Assembly: GCF_006345805.1 (NCBI RefSeq)
Contig: NC_043025.1
Location: 16,554,001-16,618,000, forward strand
Length of the DNA stretch: 64,000 nt
Origin: Octopus sinensis
Taxonomy: Eukaryota
Direction: 5' to 3'
Shown here piece after piece: positions 24,540-37,630 of the stretch. Position 1 is the first letter of the stretch, and each line of letters starts with the position of its first letter. The notes under the pieces are model-generated. The model made no database searches. It was not told where the DNA came from and saw only the letters and a program-made list of their open reading frames with translations. Made by a program: the position numbers and the translations under genes.

Positions 24540-27500
24540 GTCGGGTCTCCGCCTGGAGATACTGGTAACATGTAACCCAGTACAACCTGCTACATGGTCG
24601 GGTCGCTGCCAACTAAACTGGCAACCCACCAAGATTTCTTGGTGAGGAGGGTGATTTGGACACCCAGCAGGACTAAAAACAAAACCTGTCAAAGGGCAGA
24701 GGAACTCTCTCGTGAGTCAATGGCCATCCAAAAACCTACATAAACCCGGAGTGGAGCCCCTAAGGTGGTTGGATTGCGCCATTCGTGCCACCTTCCGGCA
24801 GCCCCTGCATCCTGGTCTACCCCCAGCCGTCTTGACTTTGTCTTGGCACTAGATCCGGCGCACCAGGACGAGAGAATGAGGCTGATCCTGCGCAAGTCAC
24901 CCTCACTATAACCCAAGTCACGACCACGTCATGGTATCATGACACCTACATCACAAAGTCCTGTGGCGATGGGGAAATGACGAAGTAGCGGGTGAGGATA
25001 CAATGGGAGCTGCAGTCGTGAACCCACACACAGGCGGCTCAGGACATGTGGTCGCCCCTCACTGAACTGAGTCAGCAGTGGAGTCCGGCAGCCTCCTGAG
25101 TGACCGAGCAGCCCTCTTCAGGATCGCTCTGCTATCCACCGCAGCATGAGGACGGGGCTAGAAAAGGTTGCCCTAAACATAGCCTGCCTCACCTCACCCT
25201 GGTCAGCAAACCGCGGCTGGCGGGGATCCTTTCCAAGCGGTCGAAACAAAGAAAGAAGGAAACAAACAAAGGTGCTCCCTTTCGCAACTTAGAACACGAG
25301 AACTCTGCTTGACAACACCAAAGTGGACAGACCAGAGAGACGAACTGCCCTGGTGGCCAGAGAACTGAGCCGATACAATTTCGATATCGCAGCACTGAGC
25401 GAGACCCGCCCTGCGGACAAAGGCCAGCTGACAGAGACAGGCGGCGGCTACACTTTCTTTTGGAGTGGTCGCAGCAGCGAAGAGCGTCGTGAGGCTGGTG
25501 TTGGTTTTGCCATCAAGTCAGTACACGTGCGGAAACTGGAATGCTCCCCCGAGGGTATCAACGATCTGCTGATGAAGATGCAGCTCCCACTTGGAAACAA
25601 GACTAGTGCGACCATCATCAGCGCTTACGCCCCCACCATGACCAACCCTGAAGAAGTTAAGGACAGGTTCTCTGAGGAACTCGACTCCCTCATCACGTCA
25701 GCCCAGCCTGGGAAGCTCATCCTCCTTCGGGACTTTAACGCCCGTGTCGGGACTGACCACCAAGCCTGGCATCGCATACTGGGAAAGCAAGGAATCGGAA
25801 AGTGCAACAACAACGGGCAGCTCCTCCTGCGTGCGTGTGCCTCTCATGATCTTACCATCGCCAACACCTTTTTCCGTCTGCCAATACGCAACAAGACATC
25901 ATGGATGCATCTACGCTCCAAACACTGGCATCTGATAGATTGCGTCATCGTCAGGGCGAAAGACAGGCGGGACGTGAGACTGGTCAAAGCCATGTGTGGA
26001 GCTGATTGCTGGACGGACCATCGCCTCATCATCTCCAGGATGGATTTCTACATCCAACCTAAGAGAAGACCACAGGGTCAGAAAGTGATGAGGAAGCTTA
26101 ACATCATGAAATTAAAGAACCAGCTGACTGCACAAGATCTCCAGTCACGTATGGACAGCAAGCTGTTGGACATTCGAAATGACCAGTCCATCGATGAGCA
26201 GTGGGAATCATTCAGGGACACGGTCCATTCCATCGCCCTTGAAACTCTAAGCCAAGTTACGAGAAACCACCAGGACTGGTTCGACGAAAACGACCAGGAA
26301 ATCCAAAAGCTCCTGGAAGAGAAACGCCGTCTTCTGCGTGTCCACAAAAATGACACCAACTGCACGGCAAAGAAGGCTGCTTTCAACAACATTCGCAGCA
26401 CAGTCCAGGCAAAACTCCGCCTCATGCAAGACGCATGGTTAAGCGCCAAGGCGGATGAAATTCAGGGATACGCAGACAAACACGACACCAAGAAATTCTA
26501 CGAGAAACTGAAAGCTGTCTAAGGACCGCAGTTCTCCTTTGGATCAACCCCCCTGCTCAGCTCGGATGGAACCTCACTCCTGACTAACAAGAGGCTGATC
26601 CTGGAGAGATGGGCGGAGCATTTCAACATCGTGCTCAACCGACCAGTCCAGATCAATGAGGAAGCCATCGCACGACTCCCCCAGGTGCCGACAAACCACG
26701 AGCTGGCTGTTCCCCCTGCAGTCGAGGAAGTGAGCAGAGCCATCAAAAAAATGTCCACCGGCAAAGCTCCAGGCTCTGGCGCCATCCCTGCAGAGGTGTT
26801 CAAGTCGGGCGGCCCCACCATGATCAGTCAGCTCACCAGCCTGTTCCAGTCGATGTGGGACAGGGAACAACTCCCTCAATATTTATGGGACGCAACAATC
26901 GTCCACATTTATAAGCGGAAAGGAGATCGGCAGTACTGCGACAACCACCGAGGAATCTCCCTCTTGTCCATAGCAGGCAAGATCCTGGCCCGAGTCCTGC
27001 TTGACCGCCTTCTGGAACACTTGGAGCAATGCCTTCTCCCTGAGAGCTAGTGTGGCTTCCGCACGGGTCGAGGGACCACTGGCACTGATATTCGCCGCCC
27101 GCCAGCTGCAGGAGAAATGCATGGAGCAGCACCTTAACCTCTGCATGACCTTTGTTGACCTCACCAGGGCTTTCGATACAGTCAGTCGGGAGGGACTCTG
27201 GAAGGTCATGGGAAAATTTGGTTGCCCCAGCAAATTTATTGCAATTGTCCGCCAGTTCCACGACGGAATGACAGCCAGAGCCCTTGAAGACGGCAACTTG
27301 TCTGAAGTCTTCCAGGTGACCTACGGAGTCAGGCAGGGCTGTGTCCTGGCCCCAACACTGTTCAGCATCATGTTCTCGGCAATGCTGTCCGACGCCTTCA
27401 GGGACTGCAAGTCTGGTATCGACATCAAGTACAGGACGGACGGGAAATTTTTCAACTCCAGAAGATTGCAGGCCGTCACAAAGGTGAGGGAGACAGTCGT

Positions 27501-28498
27501 CAGAGACTTACTCTTTGCTGACGACTGCGCCCTTAACGCAATCGATGAGCAGGAGATGCAGCTCGGGATGGACAGGTTCTCATCAGCCTGTGACAACTTC
27601 GGTCTCACCATCAGTGCCAAGAAAACCGAAGTGATGTTTCCGCCAGCCCCCGGCAAACAATACCATGAGCCTCAGATAAAGGTGAACGGACGAGTCCTAC
27701 GAGCGGTGGAAAACTTCACCTACCTGGGCAGCACTCTCTCCTGCAATGCCAACATAGATGCTGATATCATCAACAGAATCTCCAAGGCAAACAGCGCGTT
27801 TGGGAGACTGTGAAGGAAAGTCTTGGAGCGGAGAGGAATCAGCCTCAACACCAAGCTGAAAGTCTACCGGCCAGTCGTGCTTACCACCCTACTATACGGC
27901 TGCGAGACGTGGACTGCTTACCGAAGGCACGAGCGCCAGATTAACCACTTCCACCTCAGGTGTCTTCGGAACATCCTTCACATCCGCTGGCAAGACAAAG
28001 TCCCAGACACGGAAGTTCTGAAGCAGACAGATCTCGCTAGCACCATTATGATAATGCGCAAGGCCCAGCTGAGATGGGCAGGCCACGTCTCCCGCATGTC
28101 CGACACTCGCATCCCAAAACAGCTCTTCTACGGTGAACTCAGCCAGGGTAAATGCAAAGTCGGAGGGAAGAAGAAGCGCTTCAAGGACAGTCTCAAAGAC
28201 TTCTCCATCGGCACAGAGACTTGGGAGACACTTGCTGTCGACCGATCATCCTGGCGCAGTGCAATCACCACAGGAGCAGGGACAGCCGAGTAGGGATGGT
28301 TTCGGTCAGCAGAACAGAAACGCCAGATGCGGAAAGCCAGAGCCACCTGCACCAATAGCACAGCACCTACCCACTTCTGCCCCACCTGTGGGAGGTGCTT
28401 TCTTGCCCGGATTGGCCTCACCAGCCACCTCCGGTCTCATAGCAGCAATTCCACCAAATGATGTCAATGGACATCTTCGAACCTGCAGGACGAACATT
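24540..28498 (+). mobile_element. Near full-length defective RTE LINE, family B
   Basis: APE motifs (DIAALSE, SAYAPT, HWHLID), RT motifs (NHRGISLLS, LLFADD) and a C2H2 finger. Stops at 26520, 27048, 27811 and 28291. The 5' boundary is approximate. Confidence 0.93.
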
Positions 28499-28499
28499 A

Positions 28500-28851
28500 A
28501 GATACATATATATATATACACATATATATAAACACATATATACATATATATACATATATATATACATATATATATACATATATATACACATATATATACA
28601 TATATGTATATACATATATGTATATATATACATAATTGCAGCGTACATAAATATATACACATATATATATATATATATACATATATATACATATATATAC
28701 ATATATATCTACATATATATATACATATATATATATACATATATACATATATATGCATATATATACATATATATACATGTATATGCATATATATACATAT
28801 ATATATACATATACATACATATACATATACATATACATATATATGCATGTG

Positions 28852-28884
<33 letters not shown>

Positions 28885-28940
28885 ATATGCATACATATAT
28901 ACATATACATCCATATATACATATACATATATATATATGT
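28500..28940. repeat. (TA)n/(TACA)n microsatellite
   Basis: Direct reading. Confidence 0.95.
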
Positions 28941-28961
28941 AATAATGGAAAACCTCTATAA

Positions 28962-29047
28962 TTGGCTGATGATTACTCAGCATTTTAAAACTGTTGTAAT
29001 ACTTACATCATTTAATAAAATGATGTAGTACGAAACGATCGTGCCAA
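28962..29047 (+). ncRNA. Hammerhead-ribozyme-like motif 5' of a Penelope-like ORF
   Basis: TTGG-CTGATGA-TTACT...AGTAC-GAAA-CGATCG-TG-CCAA. Stem III is the palindrome ACGATCGT. The cleavage triplet is GUG (non-canonical). Confidence 0.6.
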
Positions 29048-29230
29048 ATTACCGGATTCATTCTTGTTGCTTATTTTGATTATAATCACCCCACGGATTT
29101 ATATGGATAACACCACGCAGAATTCTGGTGCGTCTAAATTAAGTACCATATTCATTTGAATCTAAATTTTTGCTGAACTTATAATTCCATAAATTGTGTA
29201 TGCTTTCCGGTACTTAACTTCTCAACAAGG

Positions 29231-31240
29231 ATGAAAAAGGTAAATATAGAGTTTTCCCCAAAGGATATCCCATTTCATAGTAAGGACGAATACATATGGC
29301 TATTGATCCACAGAACCAATGAGTTTATCCAAAGAATTAGATGGATTACTTACCACCACGATACCAAACCGAAAGAAGACCCTCAACTAACACACTTGAA
29401 TAATCGCTACAAAAAGATTTTTAGAAGTAGGAAGAGCCCACCTCCGAATCCATTGCTTGAAAACTTTGAAAAGGATCTACTGGACCTTATCGTAAATATT
29501 AAATTCAAGGAACATCCACTAAGGTATAATCCACACCTTAGACATCTAAAGGATTACATTAAATCTATTCAAGGTAAACAGGACATCCTGGTCCCAGCCG
29601 ACAAAACTGGAAACCTTTACAGAATGGATTATGCAACTTACAGCAAACTCATTAGAAAGGAACTAAACTTAAGGTATAAAGTAACAACAAAGAAAAACCT
29701 AAGAGATATTAATTTAGAAATCAAAAAAGTTACGGCAAATTATGATCTGACCGATAGAACGGAGCCTCTAAAACCATGTGAACCCAGGATTAATCTTAAG
29801 GACCACAAGAAAATTTTCTCCGAAAACCCCTCGGTAAAACACATATGTACAACTAAGTCGGACATTGGTCGACTTAGCAAATCTATTTTGGACAATATTC
29901 TACCCCGTATAATTCCTAATCTCCCCTTGAGTCTATGAATTAATACAGATGAGGTAATAGATTGGTTTAAATCTCTAGATAACACTAATAGAATCTCTTT
30001 TATCCAATTTGACATTAACAATTACTATTCTAGTATATCCCCCATTCTACTTAATAAATCACTTATTTTTGCTAAGAACCGCTCTCTCATATCTAGAGAA
30101 GAAATTGACATCATCCTATTAGCTAGAAAAACTATCATCGAATTTGAAGGAAAATTATGGACTAGGGTGGATACCCCTAATAATTTTGATATACCCATGG
30201 GCTCAAGTGACTTGGCGGAGATAACCAATCTGGTAGGAGCATACTTATTAAAATGCATAAACAGAGATATCCCAGAATTACAAGGTGGTCTATATAGGGA
30301 TGATGCTTTGTTTGTTGTACCTAGCAACAGTAAATCAAGTATTGAGAGCATAAAAAAGAAAATTAGCAATTTTTTTAAAGATTTTCACCTAGGCATTACA
30401 TATGAACCTAACACCAAGATAGTTAATTTCCCAGACGTTACCTTAGACTTGAATTCAAAGTTACATTACCCATTTAGAAAGGAGGGAAAAGTTACCAGAT
30501 ATGTAAGTCATCCAATCACCTCCCCCCCGAATATACTAAAATCATTAGATAAAAATATTTCTCTGAGAATTTCAAAATTATCATCAAATAGTGAAATCTT
30601 TAACTCTCACTCTAATCATTATAATGTTGCATTATCTAAGGCTGGTTATGAGCAGGAAATCACCTTCCTAGATATTGACAACATAAATCTCCGAAATAAT
30701 GAAGTGAATGTAAATGGCTTAAGTAATAAAGAATCTCATACTCTAAATAAACATAAATCAATAGAGGAAAAGAACCTAGCGTATAAACCTAATTATAAGA
30801 ATAGAAATAGTAAACAGATCATAAATAAATATGAAAATGCTAGCCTAGATAAACCCGATAGGCATAAAAGTAATACTAAAAGGAATAATAATTCTCGTAT
30901 GAATACTGATAACACTAAACCTTCCTACTTTTACTTTAACAAAAAATATAAGAGAGAAAATGTCATTTGGCTAAATATCCCCTTTAATTGTACGATCTCG
31001 ACGAATGTGTACAGTAGATTTATGTCTATACTGGAAAATAATTTCCCAGCCTCCCATAAATATCATAAAATAATTTCTAAAAGATCAGTGAGAATTTCAT
31101 ATTCCACTCTCCCAAACATGGCTGCCATAATAGCTAGGCTTAATAGTAAAAACATTAAGTTAGCCAGGAGTAGAATGAATAGTAACAACAATGATAGTAA
31201 TAATAGTTGTAAAAATAGCAATAATAATAATAACAATAAC

Positions 31241-31317
<77 letters not shown>

Positions 31318-33571
31318 TGAATAAGGCATTCAGTGATGAAGGAAAGGATCAGGAGAGAATGTTATCGCAGAGTAAGAGCAATACTCAAGACAGAGCTGAA
31401 TGCGAGAAACAGGATCGAAGCGATCAATGCATTAGCCATACCAGTCGTGACTTACAGTTTCAATATCGTTAACTGGTCAATTACTAAAATATGTAATCTT
31501 GACAGAAAAATACGAAAACTGTTGACAATGCATAGAATGCACCACCCTAAGGCAGATACAGAACGACTTTATCTGCCAAGAAAAGAGGGAGGCCGTGGAC
31601 TTTTACAACTGGCAATAACAATGAAGATTGCTGCAATTGGCCTAGACACCTACCTGAAAAACTCTGAGGACTGGATGTTAAAACTTGTCTCAAAACATGA
31701 AAACAAGAAAGCATCATACTCAGTAACAAAACAGGCAAAGGAATATCTAAGTGAATTCCGAATACAACAAATTTCGGAATTAGAGATAGACATACAAGAA
31801 ACAAGCACAGAAAAAGCTAAGCGCATGAAATCTTGTGCTAAAACTGTGGCCTTAGATATTCTGAATGATAAATGGCAAGAAAAACCTCTCTATAGCAAAT
31901 ACCCAAAGTTAGTGAATAATGCAGATGTTGACAAAGCCCTGACCCATCAATGGCTAATGGCCTCTGGCTTAAAATCTGAAACAGAAGGGTTTATCATAGC
32001 AGCTCAAGATCAATGACTACCTACAAGAAACTACCAGGCCAACATATTAAAGAACGGCTGTGGCCCAACATGTCGTGTATGTCAACAACAAAATGAAACC
32101 ATTGATCATGTTGTCTCCAAATGCAGTCTTCTAGCGCCTACAGAGTACCTCAACAGGCATGATAGAGCTGCACAATATATTCACTGGGTAATTTCCAAAA
32201 ACCTGGATTTGCCCCATAATAAAAACTGGTGGGAACACAATCCACCTCCAGTGCTTGAAAATGACCACATCTCACTCCTCTGGAACTTCACCATTCAAAA
32301 TGACAGAAAGATAGATGCAAATAGGCCAGACATCATATTGAAAGACTTCAAACAAAGAACATGCCTCCTCATTGATATGACTGTCCCAATCGATATAAAC
32401 GTATCTGTCAAGACCTACCATAAACTGAGCAAATATAAAGATCTTGAAATAGAAATCAGCAAAATGTGGAAGCTGAAGACTAAATCAATACCTATTGTCA
32501 TAGGTGCCCTGGGAATGATAGCAAAAGGGGCTGATGCTACCTAACTCAGATACCAAGAAACCCCAAAATGGCAGAAATTCAAAAGATAGTGCTCATGGGA
32601 ACTGCTCATATCCTACGCAAAATACTTTCTATGTAATCTCAAGGTTTAAAACAAACATAATTTTCTTTTTTTTCTTTTTCTTTTTTTTTGGACATTCACT
32701 AGTAAAACACCAAAAAGACCCCAAATATATGGCACACTAGGCATAACAACAGCATGAACTTCCAACCTGTTGTCTCTTGAGGTCTCTGGGTGAAACTTGG
32801 AGCCAAGTTGTACAAATATAAAGCAAAAGTCAAACAGAATAATAATGATAATAATAATGGTAATGATAAAAATAATATTAATAATGATGATGATGATGAT
32901 AATAATAATAATAATATAATAATAATAATAATAATAACAACAACAACATTGATGTAAATAGTGATAATAGCAATACCAATAATATAGGTAGTATAAATAA
33001 AAGTATGGTAGGTGATGATAATGGGGATGGATTAATAACTAGTAACCCTAATTTACATAACGTAATTACTAATAATGAAAATATTACTAATACTAATAAT
33101 AATTTAAATAACAGTAATGGAAATGAACTGTCCTTAAATAAATCCAGTACCGGACACTATCCCCCCAGTTGTAATTGTAGGATTATATCAAAATGTCCGG
33201 TATCTGGTCGTTGTTTGTTCCAAAACGTAATTTATAAATGCACGATAATAACTTTTAACAATAGCTTTCTTTATTTCGGATGTCTTAACAATCATTTTTC
33301 CTCTTTTAGGCTCAAACATAAGGCAGGTTGCACAACATTATCTAGCAAAATTTGGGAACTAAAAACAAATAATATAGAATTCAACCTAAAATGGGATATA
33401 GTAAGAAGGGCGCAACCTTATAGAAATAGTAGGGATGGTTGTCAACTTTGTTCTATGGAAACTTATGAAATTTTGAAGCATCAGAGTAATACAAATCTGT
33501 TGAATAACCGTTTGGAGCTGGGAGAATCTTGTATACATCGTACGACCCGAACGTTTAAATACTTTAAATAA
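29231..33571 (+). mobile_element. Penelope-like element (Naiad-like), RT + Asn-rich linker + GIY-YIG, interrupted by a Dong/R4 LINE
   Basis: PADKTGNLY, MGSSDLAE, GLYRDDAL, IWLNIPFN and ISYSTLPNM, then CNCR..CP..C..VIYKC..CQLCSME..LLNNRLEL. The three ORFs are in the same frame, with TGA at 29936. Confidence 0.88.
31318..32838 (+). mobile_element. Dong/R4-clade LINE, 5'-truncated (RT end, CCHC finger, restriction-like endonuclease)
   Basis: RLYLPRKEGGRGL, SETEGFIIAAQDQ, CRVC..ETIDHVVSKC, RPDIIL, LIDMTVP and KYKDLEIEI..PIVIGALG. Flanked by (AAT)n on both sides. Confidence 0.9.
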
Positions 33572-34239
33572 TAATTTTGTGAATATTCCTATATTTTTCA
33601 AATTTTAATTCCTTAAAACCAAATAAGTAGGAATATTCCATACTGGCTTTCAATTTAACATTCATAGATGACTAAAAAAGACTTCACTGCAAACTTAAAA
33701 TTGAATTCTTTTTTCTAAAATTAAACTGTATGAATCTAAATAGTTCGAATCCTAAATAGCATGAATCCCAATAAGTAGGAATACTAAATAGTATGAACCC
33801 TATGTCCCTAAAGAAACTATTCGGTTCACCTTGATTATCTCACTTCCATTTCTTAATATATAATTAGTCTAAGATATCTTTACAAAATATATATTTAACC
33901 AAATAGGAACGAATATACCATACTGGTTTTAGTTTAACACTCATAAATAATTAAAGAACTTCATTATAAACTTAAAATTATATTCTTCTTTTTATAATGT
34001 TCTCCAATACTAAGTAGTATTAATCCTATGTCCCTAGGGTAACTATTTGGTTCATCTTCATTATCTCACTTAAATTTCTTAATATATAATTAACCTAAGA
34101 TATTTTTACCTAACTAATTAACTTTTATCCGCAGGTAGTAATTTTATTCCCAATAGATACCATTTTTTAATTCATTAATATCAACTTACTATCCATGAAA
34201 TTTGATTAATTTTCTCTTCTAAATCACCTCCCCTTATAT

Positions 34240-35014
34240 ATCTAGATTCCATCCTCTCTTTCGTTCAATCCTTCCATCCTGCCCTCCACTTCACCTCCAC
34301 TATCTCCTATACCTCTGTCTCCTTCCTCGACATTTCGGTCAGCATTCATCACTCCTCTCTTACCACCTCCATTCACTACAAACACACAGACTCACACTCA
34401 TACCTAAACTTTTCTTCCTCCCACCCCAAACACACCAAGCTTTCCATCCCCTATTCCCAATTCCTCCGTCTACGTAGGCTCTGTAGTGACGACCATGACT
34501 TTGAGACTCAGTCTCAACTCATGGCTCGCCACTTCATCCTACGTGGATATCCCCTCACCACTATCCACACCGCCCTTGCCAGAGCGCGTTCCGTAGACCG
34601 TGCATCTTCTCTCTACCCCCCGAACCCGCCCTGCAGTCTCCCGCCTCCTTTTCCCCTCACTTATCACCCCACCACGCTACCTCTCCAACGCACAATTCTT
34701 CGAGCTTTCCGGCATCTCCAGTCCGACCCGTCCACTTCACACCTCTTCCCTAACCGACCACTCCCCTCTTTCAAACGAGCCCATAACCTACGAGACCTCT
34801 TGGTCCACAGCTTCTTCCCTGCCCCTACCTCCCAACCTGGCTCACTCCCCTGCTCCCGCCCACGTTGCCGCACTTGCCGTTACCTCTCCAACACCACCCT
34901 CCTCACTGGCACCTATCATCGACCCTATCGCATCATCGACTCCTTCACCTGCACCTCCAGCAATATTATCTATTGCATTTCCTACTCTCTCTGCCATTCC
35001 CTGTTCATCGGACA
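34240..35014 (+). mobile_element. Penelope/Poseidon-type element, 5'-truncated, running into the gap
   Basis: FLDISV, SIPYSQFLRLRRLCS, FKRAHNLRDLLV, PCSRPRCRTC and FTCTSSNIIYCI..C..LFIG. Confidence 0.88.
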
Positions 35015-35114
35015 NNNNNNNNNNNNNNNNNNNNNNNNNNNNNNNNNNNNNNNNNNNNNNNNNNNNNNNNNNNNNNNNNNNNNNNNNNNNNNNNNNNNNN
35101 NNNNNNNNNNNNNN
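35015..35114. other. Assembly gap (exactly 100 N)
   Basis: Run of N. A round 100 usually marks a gap of unknown size. Confidence 0.99.
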
Positions 35115-35214
35115 CGGTTTAGCTTTGGACACATAAAAGGTGCCAGTAATATCAGAGGAAGGTTACCCAGGGAAACTAACTTGCATGCGGAAGATGCACA
35201 AGTACAATAAATAC

Positions 35215-36196
35215 TGAAAATGGACAGAAAATAGACTCCATCAACTGCCAGGCAGGTAAGCTAGAGGTAGAAGATAGCTTCTGTTATCTAGGTGAGCAGA
35301 TTGGTAGCAGAGGTGGATGCTCTGAGAGCTCCTACGCTTGTTGGCAACAGAGGGCCTATCTCAGAGTGAAAGGCAGATTGTTTGATACCTGTGTGCAAAC
35401 AGCTACACTACATGACAGTGAGACATGGGCTGTGACAGCCGAGGACATACGCAGGGTTAAAAGAAATGAAACAAGTATGCTCCACTGGATGTGCAATGTC
35501 AGTATGCATATTGGATATAAGAAGCATCAGATGTGGTGTGCAAGTGAGACGACTGCACTAGTACGGTCATGTGATGCATATGGATGAGGACAGCTGTGTA
35601 AAGAAGTGCCAATCTCTAACTGTGGAGGGAACCTGAGGTTGAATGTAGACCCAGGAAGACATAGGACAAAGTGGTGAAGCATGATCTTTGAACTTTGGGG
35701 CCTCACAGAGGCAATGACTGGTGACTGAGGCCTTTGGTGATATGCTGTGCATGAGAAGACCTGTGAAGCCAAGTGAAATCGTAGTCATGGCTGATGTTGG
35801 TGTCATATAATTGGCACCCATGCTGGTGGCACATAAAAAGCACCTTTTGAGTGTTAGGCCTTACAGACACAAAGTGGCAGAGCTCCTTTCAAGTGCTGAG
35901 CCTCATGTAGGCAATGAGCGAGACCTTTGACATTATGTTGTGCTTGAGAAGAAGACCCATCAAACCAAGTGAAATTGTAGTCGTGGCAGGTACCAGTGTC
36001 ATGCAAATGGCACCTGTGCCGGTGGCACGGAAAAGCACCCATTACACTCTTGGAGTGGTTGGTATTTAGGAAGGGCATCCAGCGATATAAACCATGCCAA
36101 ATCAGACTGGAGTCTGGTGGAGGCTTCCAGCTTGTCAGCCCTTGGTCAATCCATGCAACCCATGCCAGCATGGGCGACGGATGCTGAATGATGATG
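35215..36196 (+). mobile_element. Decayed family C RTE 3' part and tail
   Basis: KGRLFDTCVQTATLHDSETWAV and the tail motif ggaagggcatccagc...catgccagcatg. Confidence 0.75.
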
Positions 36197-36268
36197 ATGA
36201 GAGAGATAGAAAGAAGGACAGATGGACAGAAAGGTAGATAAAATAGAAAGGTAGATCCCTATACTCAC

Positions 36269-36367
36269 CAATCCAATCAAGTAGGGGCTGCCAGCATCAC
36301 CAAACATATGGGAAACAATGATCTGAAAGGACTCAGCAAGGGACCGTCTTGTGGGGATGACCACATA
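36269..36367 (-). CDS. SPNS1: Spinster-like MFS transporter exon ([33 protein letters not shown])
   Basis: Recognised Spinster signature [25 protein letters not shown]. Acceptor ctgcag and donor gtgagt. 99 nt, phase 0/0. Confidence 0.95.
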
Positions 36368-36546
36368 CTGCAGCGCAAGGGAGAAGGAGAGCAATGATTA
36401 CAACAAGAAGAAGAAACAATAATAATAATCCCTTCTACTAAAGGGGCCTGGAATTTGTGGGGAGGGGACCAGTGTTTCACTGGTACTTAATTTATCGACC
36501 CCAAAAGGATGAAAGACATAAACGTGTGTGTGTATAAATAGATATA

Positions 36547-36739
36547 TATATAATTATAATAAAGGGTTTTTTTGCAACAAGTTGCTTAAACCACATACCG
36601 AAAATATTAGAAATAGCAGTCAAAGGGCTACCATTACTATTAGTAATAGTAATAGTAGCCCTTTGACTGCTATTTCTAATATTTTCGGTATGTGGTTTAA
36701 GCAACTTGTTGCAAAAAAAACCTTTATTATAATTATATA
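36547..36739. repeat. Near-perfect ~190-bp palindrome
   Basis: Arms of ~95 bp with about 2 mismatches and a 3-nt loop near 36643. Confidence 0.95.
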
Positions 36740-36859
36740 AGTTTTTTACTGAATATGGTCCTTTTCCATACCAAAATACTACTAGGTGAAATTTATTGAT
36801 TTTATTAAATTAATTATATTTCACCCTTTATCTATCTATCTATCTATCTATCTATATAT

Positions 36860-36894
<35 letters not shown>

Positions 36895-36929
36895 ATCCCA
36901 TCTAAACGTGTGTGTGCAACCTGTCCTCC

Positions 36930-37630
36930 GCATCCCCTGGTGAAGAAGTTTGGCCTGCAAGGGTCTTGTGCCAGTGCCATGCAAAAGCACTCGTGACAGT
37001 TCCACATAGAAGTGCTGGTGCCAGAGTCACACAAAAGCAGCCAGCACACTCTGTGTTAGGAAGGGCTTCCAGCCGTAGAAACCATGATGCTAAAGTCGAC
37101 CAGAACATGGCACAGCGCTTTGGCTTCCCAAACCAACCAACCCATGAGCAATGGAAGCTAAATGATGACAATGATCATGATGATGATAGTGATCGTCATC
37201 ATCATCGTTTAGCGTCAGCTTTCCATGCTAGCATGGGTTGGACGGTTCAACTGGGGTCTGGGAAGCCAGAAGGCTGCACCAGGCCCAGTCTGATCAGGCA
37301 ATGTTTCTACAGCTGGATGCCCTTCCTAACGCCAACCACTCCGTGAGTGTAGTGGGTGCTTTTTACGTGCAACCAGCACGGAGGCCAGGCGAGGCTGGCA
37401 ACGGCCACAATCGGATGGTGCTTTTTATGTGCCACCGGCACAAGGGCGAGGCTGGCAATGGCCACGATCGGACGGTGCTTTTTATGTGCCACCGGCACAC
37501 GTGCCAGACGAGGCTGGCAAAACGGCCACGGTCGGATGGTGCTTTTTACGTGTCACCGGCACGGAGGCCAGTCGGGGCAGTGCTGGCAACGGCCACGGTC
37601 GGATGGTGCTTTTTACATGCCACCGGCACA
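36930..37630. mobile_element. Two family C tail copies in opposite orientation (36930-37170 +, 37195-37630 -)
   Basis: Tail motifs and gtgccggtggcac-type repeat units. Confidence 0.7.

Noticed and set aside
228-28498. 228-1648 and 27085-28498 as a segmental duplication
   Set aside because: The two copies carry different lesions (an indel near 880 vs a 12-bp deletion near 28190), consistent with independent insertions of one family.
29936-29938. In-frame TGA in the Naiad-like ORF as possible selenocysteine readthrough (some Naiads are reported to be selenoproteins)
   Set aside because: The context L*INTDEVIDWF appears to correspond to a conserved Trp (W.NT..VI.WF), not a Cys. A TGG>TGA mutation is simpler, and no SECIS was recognised.
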